Source: an uncultured Myxococcales bacterium | GTDB lineage: Bacteria; Myxococcota_A; Bradymonadia; REDH01 | Assembly: GCA_965367675.1 (NCBI GenBank) | Contig: CBDUJZ010000009.1 | Coordinates: 2,488-66,487, forward strand | DNA: 64,000 bases | Direction of reading: 5' to 3' | Shown here: positions 50,096 through 59,994 of the stretch, in pieces | Numbering within the stretch: position 1 is the stretch's first letter | Layout: every line of letters begins with the position of its first letter | Notes under the pieces: model-generated | Databases searched by the model: none | Seen by the model: only the letters and a program-made list of their open reading frames with translations | Told to the model about the DNA's origin: nothing | Position numbers and translations under genes: made by a program

Positions 50096-50135
50096 AAAAC
50101 GTCGAACGGGCACCCGTGTGGATGCCCGTTCGACG
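50096..50135 (-). terminator. Rho-independent terminator of the surA-like gene (13-bp perfect stem + TTTT on the minus strand)
   Basis: CGTCGAACGGGCA-cccgtgtgga-TGCCCGTTCGACG, preceded on the plus strand by AAAA (TTTT on the minus strand). About 40 nt after the minus-strand gene stop at 50177. Confidence 0.55.
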
Positions 50136-50176
50136 TCGCGCCGGCGTCTCCCTAGACGCGCTCGCTATCTGGTTCG

Positions 50177-51319
50177 CTACTGCGGAGGCGCGGGAGCGTC
50201 GCCCGGCTCGGGCTCCAGATTCCAGGACTCCTCGTAGTACTCGATGTCGACGGCTTCGGTGATCTCGGTCTCAAGTTCACGGCTCAGGCGCTGTTGGTTC
50301 CGTCGTCGAAGAGGCTCGATGAGCGTCTCGCGGACCTCGTCAATCTCGCGAACGCCCTCCGGGCGGTGCGCCGACACGGAGTAGATTTGCCACCCGAGCG
50401 AGGTGCGGATGGGCTCGCTCACGGTGCCGGGCTCCATCTCGAAGATGACGTCCTCCACGGCGGGCTCGATGCCTCGGGCGGCGTTGCCACGCACGATCCA
50501 GCCACGGTCGCCGCCACGTGTGCGGTCGGTGCTTTCGGAGTCGGTCGATGCCACGGTCGCGAAGTCTTCGCCGCCGTCGGTGACGCGCGCGCGGAGGGCT
50601 TCGATGCGAACGCGCGCCTCTTCGACCTGCTCTTCGGTGGCGTCGGAGCGGAGGCGGATGGTGATCAGGCGTGCGTTCACACGCTCGCCTTCGCGCCAGC
50701 GGTCACGGTTGCTCTCGTAGAACTCGGCGATCTCTTCGGCCGTGGGCTCTAGCGCGCCGCGTTGACTCAGCACGTGGTCCAGCGCGAGCTCGCGTCGGAC
50801 TTCGGCGCGGTACTCGGCGCGGGTGACACCGCGGGAGTTCAGGTAGCGCTCAAAGAGCTGCGGGTTGGCGACCACGTGGCCGAGTTGATCGGACAGGTGT
50901 GCGTCCACCTCGGCGTCCGTGACAACGATTCCGGCTTCGTCCACGTGGCGTTGCAGGACGGCGGCTTGCACGGCGTTGCGCACGAATCGACGTCGGCGCT
51001 CGTTGCGCCACTCGGGGGTGGTAGGTTCGCGGCCGGGGAGCAGCTCGTAGCGTGCGACCATGTCGGCGAGCTGTCCGTCGAGGTCCTCGGTCGTCATGAC
51101 GGGCGTGCAGTCCACGGTGGCGACGACGTTGTCTGCGACGGTGGGGCAGGTGGCGTCGGTGGTCTCGCCGGACCCAGCTTCCACGGCGGGATCGGCGGCT
51201 TCAGCCGAGCCCTCGTTGGCCACAACCGGAAGCGTGGGGGCGTCCACGTCGCTGCCGCATCGACAACCGGCGAGAGATGCCGAGAAAGCGAGAAGTAGAA
51301 GAGGGTGGTTGCGGTTCAT
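50177..51319 (-). CDS. SurA/PrsA-like peptidyl-prolyl cis-trans isomerase lipoprotein (parvulin domain)
   Basis: Lipobox (LAGC), an N-terminal SurA-like chaperone region and a parvulin rotamase domain (GGDRGWIVRGN...GTVSEPIRTSLGWQIY). Confidence 0.8.
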   Translation of the reverse strand: MNRNHPLLLLAFSASLAGCRCGSDVDAPTLPVVANEGSAEAADPAVEAGSGETTDATCPTVADNVVATVDCTPVMTTEDLDGQLADMVARYELLPGREPTTPEWRNERRRRFVRNAVQAAVLQRHVDEAGIVVTDAEVDAHLSDQLGHVVANPQLFERYLNSRGVTRAEYRAEVRRELALDHVLSQRGALEPTAEEIAEFYESNRDRWREGERVNARLITIRLRSDATEEQVEEARVRIEALRARVTDGGEDFATVASTDSESTDRTRGGDRGWIVRGNAARGIEPAVEDVIFEMEPGTVSEPIRTSLGWQIYSVSAHRPEGVREIDEVRETLIEPLRRRNQQRLSRELETEITEAVDIEYYEESWNLEPEPGDAPAPPQ

Positions 51320-51551
51320 AGGCGACTGGGCTGCGAGGATGCGGCGCGCTGACAGCGGTCGCGCGCGGCGGGTGTGTTCCTACAACACGTCGGTGGGGTG
51401 TGCTACTCCAACCCGCGGCTCAGAAAGAGAATCGTCGGCGTTTTCTGCGCGTTGACCGCGGCACAAGTGGCTGTGGCATGTGCGGGTCGACGCCGTCGCC
51501 GCGAACGCGCGCGCGTGCTTTGCACCAGCGCCCACCCACAAAGGTCCGAAA

Positions 51552-51860
51552 ATGATGCAGAAATCTCCTAAGGAAGCCCGCGCAGCGGTCGACGCCGGCG
51601 CGCTCCTCCTGGACGTGCGTGAGCCCGGCGAGTGGGAGCTCGTTCACGTGGACGGGGCCGTGCTCATCCCGATGAACACGATCCCGCAGCGTATCGAAGA
51701 GCTCCCGACGGACCGTGAGATCTGCGTTTTATGCCACCACGGTGGTCGCAGCGCACAGGTCACGTCCTATCTGCGCGCTCACGGCCTCAACGCCGTGAAC
51801 GTGTCCACCGGTATTGAAGGCTGGGCGGTGACCGTCGACCCGTCGCTCACACGCTACTAG
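51552..51860 (+). CDS. Single-domain rhodanese-like sulfurtransferase
   Basis: LLDVREPGEWE...CHHGGRS active-site Cys loop. Confidence 0.85.
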   Translation: MMQKSPKEARAAVDAGALLLDVREPGEWELVHVDGAVLIPMNTIPQRIEELPTDREICVLCHHGGRSAQVTSYLRAHGLNAVNVSTGIEGWAVTVDPSLTRY

Positions 51861-51958
51861 TCGCCGCGTTTGGGGTTGGCGCTCGGCACCCGACGAGGCG
51901 CGGCCACGTTGACATCGCGGCGTGTGGCGGGATAGCTCCACGGTACGCAATTCCTTGT

Positions 51959-53695
51959 TTGAAGAGGCTCCCGATGAACCGCTTTCGTTTCGTTGCATGC
52001 TCCGTGCTCGCCATGTCCTTCGCGGTTGGAGGTTGTACTCCGACCGAAGACTGGGCCGACCCCGAGTACATCCAATACCGCATGGAGATGAGCGACCCGC
52101 GGGCGTTCAACGAGTTCTCGCACCTGACCGATGAGCAAAAGGCGACCCTGGTCCCCACGCTTGTCGAGGTGTTCAACAGCGGCCTGAACCAAGAAGAAGT
52201 GTTGCGCGCACTGGTGGCCTCGGCCGATCCGCGCGGCAAAGACGTCTTCCTCAGCGCGCTCAGCCGCAGCGACGACCGCCTGGCTGGTCTGGCGGCACGT
52301 GGGCTCGCGGCGATTCAAGACACCGGCTCGGCGACCGCCGTGGCTGAGCGTCTCGCCACCGTTACACAACACGACGCGTACGCGGCCTTCTTGGACGCGC
52401 TCAACGCCATCCCAACGCCCCAGGCGGCCGACGTGGTCGCGAACGTGATGATGCGCCCCGCCGAGCGCGTGGGCGGAATCAACACCATCCGCCGTGGCTG
52501 TGCCATGCTCGGCCAGGTTGAGTCGCCGTCCGAAGAGGTCATCGACGCGATGGTGTTCGGCACGGTCAACCTGATCCCGCAGCCGTTCGAGGACGCGCTC
52601 AACGAGTGTGAGCTCGCGCTGCTGGCGCACGGCGACGCGGTGGTCCCCAAGCTCGCGGCGTTGTTCCGCGGCGAGAACCAGACCGCCAACACGCGCCTCA
52701 CGTCGATGCAGTACCAGATGGTCGTCGGCAAGCTGCGCGCTGGCGCGGTGCTGGCCCACATCGGCTCGCCGCTCGCGGTCAACGTGTTGATCAGCTGGTT
52801 CAACACCCAGCAGGAGATCCCCGTCACCGAGTTGGAGCGCATGACGCCGGAGCAGGCGGCCGCGTGGTACGACTTCCACGGTCAGCTGTTCACGGCGGCC
52901 ACGCAGGGCCTCGCCTACGCGGGAACGGATGATGCCACGGCGACGTTGCGCGGCCTCGAGTCGACCGGCGAAGGTCAGCTGCTCGAGCACTTCCGCATTT
53001 GGTTCCAGCTGTCGGCTGGCGCCGAGTTCGGCCTCCGCACCGCAGTGCACGAGGGCATGATGAAGGCGGGCGTCGCCGAGGACCGCGAGCTGCTTTGGAC
53101 GCGCGCCGAGTCGGGCGCGTTGGCGACGGCGCGCACGGCGTACTTCACCAACGAGTTCCGCAAGAACGCGCTGCACTACGTGGGGCGCACGGCGCTGCCG
53201 ACCGAGTTGGAGCGCTACCAGGCCGCCGCGGCCGCGCAGACCAACCCGATCGAGTTCCTCATGCACATGAGCTACTTTGTTCTGGCGCAGACCTGCGGCG
53301 ACGACGTGGCGTGCTACGCCGCCAAGATCAACGACCCGGACTCCCTGCTCACCGAGCCCGCGCTCGTGGCCGCGCTCGAAGGCGTCGAAGACGAGCAAGC
53401 CCGCGGACAGATTCGCACTGGCATGTCGCAGAACGCGCGCACCGGCGCCGTCTGGCAGCTGGGCGTGCGTCTGGGTGACCAGCCGGCGGCAGCTGTTGCG
53501 CTGCTGGACGCGCTGTCGAGCCCGAGCATGCAGGTCCGGTTCGAGGCCGTTGAGGCGCTGCACTTTGTCGACGCGCTGCCGGCCGATGCCGCCACGCGCC
53601 TCGAGACGTTCCTTACCGAAGAGGCGGGCAGCACGGCCCAAGGCGCGCGCGAGCTGCGCCACGCCGTCCGCGTGCTCCGCGCGATGCGTCTGTGA
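51959..53695 (+). CDS. HEAT/PBS-lyase-repeat lipoprotein (hypothetical)
   Basis: Signal peptide and lipobox (SFAVGGC). Repeated alpha-helical HEAT-like segments; no catalytic motif. Confidence 0.65.
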   Translation: MKRLPMNRFRFVACSVLAMSFAVGGCTPTEDWADPEYIQYRMEMSDPRAFNEFSHLTDEQKATLVPTLVEVFNSGLNQEEVLRALVASADPRGKDVFLSALSRSDDRLAGLAARGLAAIQDTGSATAVAERLATVTQHDAYAAFLDALNAIPTPQAADVVANVMMRPAERVGGINTIRRGCAMLGQVESPSEEVIDAMVFGTVNLIPQPFEDALNECELALLAHGDAVVPKLAALFRGENQTANTRLTSMQYQMVVGKLRAGAVLAHIGSPLAVNVLISWFNTQQEIPVTELERMTPEQAAAWYDFHGQLFTAATQGLAYAGTDDATATLRGLESTGEGQLLEHFRIWFQLSAGAEFGLRTAVHEGMMKAGVAEDRELLWTRAESGALATARTAYFTNEFRKNALHYVGRTALPTELERYQAAAAAQTNPIEFLMHMSYFVLAQTCGDDVACYAAKINDPDSLLTEPALVAALEGVEDEQARGQIRTGMSQNARTGAVWQLGVRLGDQPAAAVALLDALSSPSMQVRFEAVEALHFVDALPADAATRLETFLTEEAGSTAQGARELRHAVRVLRAMRL

Positions 53696-54387
53696 GCGTA
53701 CGCAGCGTCGAAGTGCGTGAGCCGCTCCCGCGGCTCCAAGCGCGCGTCGAACAGATGGTGCTCGACGCTGGGTTCATCCCGTGCGCCGCAGACGCCGATA
53801 TCATCCTGCTGTGCGCCGACTCGCCCGTCGAAGGGTGGGACGCCACCGGCGGCATCGGTACTTCGGTGGTCGTAGCCTCGGCTATTCGGCCGACCGCGCT
53901 GTCGCAGATCGACGCGGTGACCACCTTGGCGCGTCCGTTCGACCAAGCGTCGTTGCAGCGGGCGCTCCAGCTCGCCGCGGAGACCCTCGCCGTCGAGAAG
54001 CCGGCCGTGGTGGACGACCTCGAGGTCGAGGCCGACCTGGATGCAGACATCGAGGCCGACCTGGATGCAGACATCGAGGCCGACCTGGATGCTGACGTCG
54101 AGGTGGATGACATCCTCGACGACCTCGACGCCGCCGAACTGGGGGCCGAGTTGCCCGCGCCAGCGGAGCTAACGCCTGCGGACATCCGCGTGGCGCACGA
54201 CTCCCGTCCGGTGTCCAAAGCGACCGTGCGCGTGCCGCCCTCCGCCGAGACCGCGCTGCGGTTGGAGTGCTTGGTCGCGGCGGCCACCGAGATCGCCGAG
54301 TCCGTCGACGTGCTCGCCGCATTGAGCGACGAGGACGCGCGGATCGAAGCCGTGCTCACCATGCTGCGCAGCCACCTGGGCGAGTAG
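53692..54387 (+). CDS. Hypothetical acidic protein with three EADLDADI repeats
   Basis: ATGA overlap with the upstream gene. GC3-rich codon usage. Contains tandem 24-bp coding repeats. Confidence 0.55.
   Translation: MSVRSVEVREPLPRLQARVEQMVLDAGFIPCAADADIILLCADSPVEGWDATGGIGTSVVVASAIRPTALSQIDAVTTLARPFDQASLQRALQLAAETLAVEKPAVVDDLEVEADLDADIEADLDADIEADLDADVEVDDILDDLDAAELGAELPAPAELTPADIRVAHDSRPVSKATVRVPPSAETALRLECLVAAATEIAESVDVLAALSDEDARIEAVLTMLRSHLGE
54028..54099 (+). repeat. Three in-frame tandem 24-bp repeats (GAGGCCGACCTGGATGCAGACATC) encoding EADLDADI
   Basis: Read directly from the sequence, inside CDS 53692..54387. Confidence 0.75.
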
Positions 54388-54442
54388 CGGTCGGACGAGC
54401 CCGGCGTAGGCCGCTTGAGCGGTGACTACGCCGCCGTCGGGC

Positions 54443-55108
54443 TCAGTCTTGCTCCGCCCACAGCGACTCGCGGAACTCGGCAATCTCGTCGAGGACCTCG
54501 TCGTCGTTCTCCAACTCCGCGACCTCTTGGGCCGTGTCGAGCAGCTCCATTCCAGCCTCTTCGCGGCCGACCGCGAGCAGGTCATGGGCGAGCAAGAAGA
54601 GCACGTCCGGGTGTCGGGTGTGCGCCTCCGAGAGCTCTTGGAACACCGTCATGCCTTCCTCAATACGCCCGCGTCCGATGCTCACCATCGCGCCGAGTCG
54701 CGCGCGCAGCGTCTCGTCGTCCGGCACGAGTCGCTCCACGTCGGGGAGCAGGAACACCACATCGTCCCAGGCGCCCTCGACCATGTAGTCGTTGACCAAC
54801 TCCATGCAGATCTCGATCGCGTCGATCGCCGGATGCGGCTTCTTGGTGCGGACAATACGAAGCGCCAAGTCGTGGAAGCGGTCCTCGTCGCCGAAGTCCC
54901 AGAACGCCTGCGCGGCGGCCCAGAGGGACAAGTCGTCGAGGCTGCCCAAATCGAGCGCCTCAAGCGCCTCGAACTCCATCCCGAGGATGCGATCGTGGCT
55001 CTCTACCGATTCCGCGGGTAGCGTGGACCAATCACATTCGGCATAGCCAAGTTCGGCGTCCATCTCGTCGTCATCGACCTCTACCGCTTCTGTGCTCTCG
55101 TCTTTCAT
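54443..55108 (-). CDS. Hypothetical acidic alpha-helical protein
   Basis: Start at an internal ATG (MKDESTEAVEV...) preceded by GGAGAG. No recognisable catalytic motif. Confidence 0.6.
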   Translation of the reverse strand: MKDESTEAVEVDDDEMDAELGYAECDWSTLPAESVESHDRILGMEFEALEALDLGSLDDLSLWAAAQAFWDFGDEDRFHDLALRIVRTKKPHPAIDAIEICMELVNDYMVEGAWDDVVFLLPDVERLVPDDETLRARLGAMVSIGRGRIEEGMTVFQELSEAHTRHPDVLFLLAHDLLAVGREEAGMELLDTAQEVAELENDDEVLDEIAEFRESLWAEQD

Positions 55109-55275
55109 CGCGCTCTCCAGAGTTGGCTTCACGCCAGGGAGTTGGCGTAATAGAGAAGTCACCTACCCATTCGCAATCCCCTTCCGTCTTGCGCTTCAAG
55201 ATCTCTGACGATGTTCCCCTCCGGCCTTTCGCGATCACCGGTCCGGCTGGGCTAGGGCTGTTCCGCGAGGAGGGC

Positions 55276-56031
55276 ATGCGCGCGGTCGACGTGACGGCGC
55301 CGGAGAACGCGGATTTTGCGCTCGCCATGAACCGCGGGAACTGTCTGGCGTACGATGGCACGGTCGAGCGCGGGCCGCAGTCCGGCGCGCTCGGCATGCC
55401 GCGGTGGGTGATGCTGGATTGCTGCGCTTTGCCCAGCGCCGTGTTCGGCCTGGAGGTCCCGCGCGACGCTGTGCCCAAGGACCTCGCGGATGCGATGGAC
55501 CCGACGGGGCGGCTGGAGTGGATCGGCGTCACCGAGTATATCGCGCTGCCCTCCGTCGCGCCGGGCGAGGTGGTTGGCGTGTCGCTGTTCTCGCTCGTCG
55601 CGGGTCGTCGGCTGGGCTCGCGGACCAAGGCGATGACGCTGCGGCTCATGGGCGCGGCGACGCAGACGGGCGTGACGCAGTGGACGGGCGCGGGCATCAA
55701 ATTGCACCTGCAGTTCGGGCCGCTGCGCGTGGTCTCGTCGCGCGTGGCCGTGCACGATCGCCCGTCGGAGACGTTTGTGTATCAGCTGCCGGTTCCGCCG
55801 CAGGATTGCTTGGCGCGAATCGAGCGGGGGGAGGCCTGGGACGCCCCCATGCCGTCGGGGGAACGCCTGTCGCTCGACCCCCGGTCTGCCGACGTCGCCG
55901 GCGCGATCGCGGAGCACGCGCGCGGCCGGGAAACTTGGCTGTGCGGGGCCGGCGCGGTCACCGACACCGGGCTCGACCGCCTCGACTTCGTGTTTGTGGC
56001 GTCGCCGGACGCGCCGAGCACCGCGGAGTGA
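55276..56031 (+). CDS. Hypothetical protein (start uncertain)
   Basis: Long ORF with normal composition. Competing minus-strand ORFs are R-rich. Its stop overlaps the downstream epimerase GTG (GTGA). Confidence 0.45.
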   Translation: MRAVDVTAPENADFALAMNRGNCLAYDGTVERGPQSGALGMPRWVMLDCCALPSAVFGLEVPRDAVPKDLADAMDPTGRLEWIGVTEYIALPSVAPGEVVGVSLFSLVAGRRLGSRTKAMTLRLMGAATQTGVTQWTGAGIKLHLQFGPLRVVSSRVAVHDRPSETFVYQLPVPPQDCLARIERGEAWDAPMPSGERLSLDPRSADVAGAIAEHARGRETWLCGAGAVTDTGLDRLDFVFVASPDAPSTAE

Positions 56032-56957
56032 GCGTCCGAGTGAGCAGCGCGAGCGAATCGGGCACCGGTGGCGCGGGTAGCGGGCTGCTGATCGCCGGGT
56101 TGGGCTACTGCGGCCGTGTGCTGGCGATGGCCGCCCCGCACGCGACGGTCTGGGGCACGGTTCGCTCTGCAGAGTCGGCCACCGCACTTGAGGCCGAGGG
56201 GCTGAACGTCGCGTGCGCCGAGTTCCCAGACGCAGTGGATACGGTCCGCATTTCGGGCGTGCGCTTCGGTCACGGCGTGATCACGCTGGGCACCACCGAT
56301 CCGCCGGAGCCCGCGGTCGCGGGGGCGGTGCGCTGGCTCGTCTCCCACGGGGTTGAGCGCGTCGTGTACCTATCGTCGACCAGCGTTTACGGCGATCACG
56401 ACGGGGGTTGGGTCGACGCGGACACGCCGCCGGCGCCGGACACCGCGATGGGCCGTCGGCGTGTTCTCGCGGAGGCCGCGTTCGAGCGAGCGTGCCAGGC
56501 GCAGGGCGTGGAGGGGATGGTCCTTCGCCTGCCGGGAATCTACGGCCCGGGCCGAACGCTGCGCGGGCGGTTGCTTTCGGGCGCCTACGCGTACCCGCGG
56601 GACAGCGAGCGGTGGTCGAACCGTATCCACGTGGACGACGTGTCGACCGCTGTGCTCACGCTGTTAGAGCGCGGTGTTCCGGGGCGCTACATGGCGGCGG
56701 ATGGGGTGCCGTTTCGCGCGCTTGATCTCGTCTCGTGGGCCTGCGAGCACCTGGGCATACCGATGCCGGAAGGCGTGGCGTTCGACGACCTTTCGCCGCG
56801 CGCAAAGCCGTTCTGGTTGGGCAGCCGACGATGCGACTGCGCCAAGCTCCGCGCGCTGGGCTGGGAGCCGACGTACGCCGACTACCGCGACGGATTTGCC
56901 GCCGCGTGGCGCGCCGAAGACGGCTCCGTGGGGAGCGGCGAGGGCGGCGAAAGCTGA
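56028..56957 (+). CDS. NAD-dependent epimerase/dehydratase family (atypical SDR) protein
   Basis: GTG start (VSSASESG...). LIAGLGYCG Rossmann-like motif, Y...K pattern (VYLSSTSVYG) and PGRYMAADG. Confidence 0.75.
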   Translation: MSVRVSSASESGTGGAGSGLLIAGLGYCGRVLAMAAPHATVWGTVRSAESATALEAEGLNVACAEFPDAVDTVRISGVRFGHGVITLGTTDPPEPAVAGAVRWLVSHGVERVVYLSSTSVYGDHDGGWVDADTPPAPDTAMGRRRVLAEAAFERACQAQGVEGMVLRLPGIYGPGRTLRGRLLSGAYAYPRDSERWSNRIHVDDVSTAVLTLLERGVPGRYMAADGVPFRALDLVSWACEHLGIPMPEGVAFDDLSPRAKPFWLGSRRCDCAKLRALGWEPTYADYRDGFAAAWRAEDGSVGSGEGGES

Positions 56958-56975
56958 AGCTCGGGCAGGGCGCGA

Positions 56976-57269
56976 TTACAGCGTGCCGTCGCTCACTTTG
57001 ATGCCGACTTTTCCGCCCGAGACGACGCATTGGCAGGCCAAGCGGAGGCCGGCCTCAAGCTCGTCGGGCATGAGCGTCATCTCTTCGTTGTCCGTCACGG
57101 GGTTGAGCGCCTCGGCGCCTTCCGTGATCTCGATCATGCAGGTCGCGCAGGCGCCTTCGCGGCAGCCGAACGGGATATCGACTCGATTCTTGTCGATCGC
57201 GTCTTGCAGCCGGGTGCCATCGGCGACCTCGACAGTGAGTCCTGATTCAGCGAACAAAATGGTTGCCAT
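56976..57269 (-). CDS. 2Fe-2S ferredoxin
   Basis: Cys ligands CREGACATC...C in the plant/vertebrate-type spacing. 97 aa. Confidence 0.85.
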   Translation of the reverse strand: MATILFAESGLTVEVADGTRLQDAIDKNRVDIPFGCREGACATCMIEITEGAEALNPVTDNEEMTLMPDELEAGLRLACQCVVSGGKVGIKVSDGTL

Positions 57270-57340
57270 GAGCGTTGGCCGGTGGTGCGTTGTTTTGAGT
57301 GCCTACGCATAGTAGGCGACCTCGCTCCCGTGCAAGTTCC

Positions 57341-58057
57341 ATGGCTGTAGAAGAGTTTGACGTACGCTTGATCGGCACCGCCGATTTGACCCCGACCGTG
57401 CGTCGTTTCGACTTTGAGCGTACCGATGGGACGCCGCTGACGTTCGTCCCCGGGCAGTTCATTATGCTGCACTTTCAGGTGGGCGACGAAGAGGTGAAGC
57501 GCTCGTATTCGCTGTGCCATATTCCTGGGCGGGACGAGGCTGCGGGCATCGCGGTCGCGCCGGTCGAGGGTGGCATGGCGACGGGCTTCTTGTGGGGCCT
57601 GCAGATCGGCGCGGTGTGCCGCGTGAGTGGGCCGTACGGCCGCTTCATCTTGCGCCCCAACGAGCAGCCCAAGCGGCTGATCCTGGTCGCCACGGGCACC
57701 GGCGTGTCGCCGTACCGCACCATGCTCCCGCTTTACCCGCCGCTGGTCGCCGAGGGCACCGAGGTGCACGTGTTGCTGGGCGTGCGCATGCGCGATGAGC
57801 TGCTGTTTGGCGATGACTTCGCCGCCGCCGCCTCCGAAGGGCAGATTGTGTTCCATCCGTGCTTCAGCCGCGCGGATGCCCTTGAGAGTTGGGAGCGGCG
57901 CGGTTACGTGCACGACGCGCTGCAGGAGTTGGACGTCAACCCTGAGGGCGACATTGTCTATCTGTGCGGCAACCCGAACATGGTCGACCAGGCCATGGAC
58001 TATCTGAAAGAGCGCGGCTTCAGCCCGCGCCAGATTCGCCGCGAAAAGTACATCTGA
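57341..58057 (+). CDS. Ferredoxin-NADP+ reductase-type oxidoreductase (FAD-binding RxYS + NAD(P)-binding domain)
   Basis: RSYS FAD motif, GTGVSP NAD(P)-binding motif and a C-terminal CGNPNM region. Divergent from the ferredoxin gene. Confidence 0.85.
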   Translation: MAVEEFDVRLIGTADLTPTVRRFDFERTDGTPLTFVPGQFIMLHFQVGDEEVKRSYSLCHIPGRDEAAGIAVAPVEGGMATGFLWGLQIGAVCRVSGPYGRFILRPNEQPKRLILVATGTGVSPYRTMLPLYPPLVAEGTEVHVLLGVRMRDELLFGDDFAAAASEGQIVFHPCFSRADALESWERRGYVHDALQELDVNPEGDIVYLCGNPNMVDQAMDYLKERGFSPRQIRREKYI

Positions 58058-58062
58058 GGCCC

Positions 58063-59961
58063 ATGCCGGTACCCTCGTTCAGAGAACGTCTCGCCGCTCG
58101 TCCGCTCGTCTTCGATGGCGGAACGGGCACTGAGCTCTACATCCGAGGACACTTCATCAACAAACCGTTCGAGGGAGCAAACCTCTCCGATCCGGCGCTT
58201 GTTGAGAAGATCCACGCTGAGTACGTCGCCGCGGGCTCCCACGCGATCGAGACGAACACGTTCGCCGCGAATCGCGTCAAGCTGCGGAAGGTCGGTCTTG
58301 AAGACCGGCACGACGAGATCAACCGCGCGGGCGTTGAGATCGCGCGCCGCGCCGCCGGTGATAAGGTGTACGTCGTTGGCGCTATGGGCCCCACGGGGAC
58401 CAAGTGGCCGACGCTCACCAAGGACCTGCAGGCCGAGTACTTGGACGTCTTCCGCGATCAGGCGCAGGTGCTGCTCGACGCGGGCGTCGATGGGCTCATC
58501 TTGGAGACCTTCGGGTACCTGCAGGAGCTCGAAGCCGCGCTCGGTGCGGTGCGCGCGCTCACCGACTTGCCGGTCATCGCGCTGGCCGCGTTCACCGGCA
58601 GCGAGTCGACCGGCGACGGTGCGAACGTGGATATGGTCGCGCGTCACCTCAAGCGCAGCGGCGCCGACGTGATCGGTGCGAACTGCGCCGAAGGCCCCAT
58701 GGAGCTGTACAGCCTAGCCGAGCGCATGGTGAAGCACGGCGTACCCGTCGCGATTCTGCCCAACGCTGGCTATCCGAAGCCGGTGGACGGGCGCATGCTG
58801 TACATGGCCACGCCGGAGTACTTCGGCGTGTTCGCGCGCCGTTTCCTCAAGCTCGGCGTCTCGGTCGTGGGCGGTTGCTGTGGCACCTCGCCGGAGCACG
58901 TACGGAGCATGGTCGGCGCATACCGCATGATGGCCGGCGGCGCCGTTCAGCTCCCGCCGATGGTCGCGCAGGTAAAATCGAACGCGAACACGCAGGACCT
59001 CAATCCGCTCGTCGAAGAGGTGCCGTTCGCGCAGCGCAGTCGCTTGGCCGAGAAGATCGCGTCGAACGACGGCTTCGTGGTCTCCGTCGAGGTGAACCCG
59101 CCGGCCGGCTTGGACCCCACCAAGGCCAACGAAGGTGCGCGCATGTTGGCCGCCGCGGGCGTCGACGTGGTCAACATCGCGGACGGCCCGCGCGCCACCG
59201 TGCGCATGTCCAACTGGAGCCTCGCGCTCAAGGTGCGTGAGCACACCGGTATGGACTCGATCGTGCACCTCTGCATGCGCGACCGCAACCTGCTCGGGCT
59301 GCAGTCCGACGTCCTCGCGTACGCCGCGCAGGGCCTGAACAACGTGGTCATCATCACCGGTGACCCGCCAAAGATGGGCGACTACCCGGACGCGACCGCC
59401 GTGTTCGACCTCGACAGCATCGGCGCAATCCGCATGGTCTCGGGCTTCAACAAGGGCCTCAACCTGTCGAACCGCTCGCTCGGCGGTCAGACGAAATTCG
59501 CCATCGCGTGTGGCGCCGAGCCGGCCGCGCTGGACTACGACCGCGAGATCCGACGCTTGGAGCAGAAGATCTCGAACGGCGCTGAGTTCATCATGACGCA
59601 GCCGGTGTATGATCCCGCGGTGCTGGACCGGTTCCTGAACGATATCAGCGACTTCCACGTGCCTGTGCTGGTAGGCCTCATGCCGCTGGGCAGTCACCGA
59701 AACGCCGAGTTCCTGCACAACGAAGTGCCAGGAATGCAGATCCCGGAGAACATCCGCAAGCGCATGGAGAAGGTCGACCGGGGCCCCGAAGCACGCGCGG
59801 AGGGTGTCGCGATCGCTCAAGAGATGCTCTCGGCCGTGCGTGACCGCGTTCGCGGCGCGTACATCATGCCGCCGTTCGGACGGTACGAGCTCGCCGTCGA
59901 GGTGCTCAAGGTGGTCGGCTACGAAGTACCCGAGGCGTACCGCGAGAACTGGCGGGTCTAG
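58063..59961 (+). CDS. Bifunctional homocysteine S-methyltransferase / 5,10-methylenetetrahydrofolate reductase (YitJ-type fusion)
   Basis: N-terminal Hcy-binding S-methyltransferase domain (zinc Cys ligands ...NCAEGP..., ...GGCCGTSP...) fused to a C-terminal MTHFR domain. Starts 5 nt after the reductase gene stop. Confidence 0.85.
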   Translation: MPVPSFRERLAARPLVFDGGTGTELYIRGHFINKPFEGANLSDPALVEKIHAEYVAAGSHAIETNTFAANRVKLRKVGLEDRHDEINRAGVEIARRAAGDKVYVVGAMGPTGTKWPTLTKDLQAEYLDVFRDQAQVLLDAGVDGLILETFGYLQELEAALGAVRALTDLPVIALAAFTGSESTGDGANVDMVARHLKRSGADVIGANCAEGPMELYSLAERMVKHGVPVAILPNAGYPKPVDGRMLYMATPEYFGVFARRFLKLGVSVVGGCCGTSPEHVRSMVGAYRMMAGGAVQLPPMVAQVKSNANTQDLNPLVEEVPFAQRSRLAEKIASNDGFVVSVEVNPPAGLDPTKANEGARMLAAAGVDVVNIADGPRATVRMSNWSLALKVREHTGMDSIVHLCMRDRNLLGLQSDVLAYAAQGLNNVVIITGDPPKMGDYPDATAVFDLDSIGAIRMVSGFNKGLNLSNRSLGGQTKFAIACGAEPAALDYDREIRRLEQKISNGAEFIMTQPVYDPAVLDRFLNDISDFHVPVLVGLMPLGSHRNAEFLHNEVPGMQIPENIRKRMEKVDRGPEARAEGVAIAQEMLSAVRDRVRGAYIMPPFGRYELAVEVLKVVGYEVPEAYRENWRV

Positions 59962-59994
59962 CCTCGCCGGCGGCTCATCGACCGGCGGCGTGGG

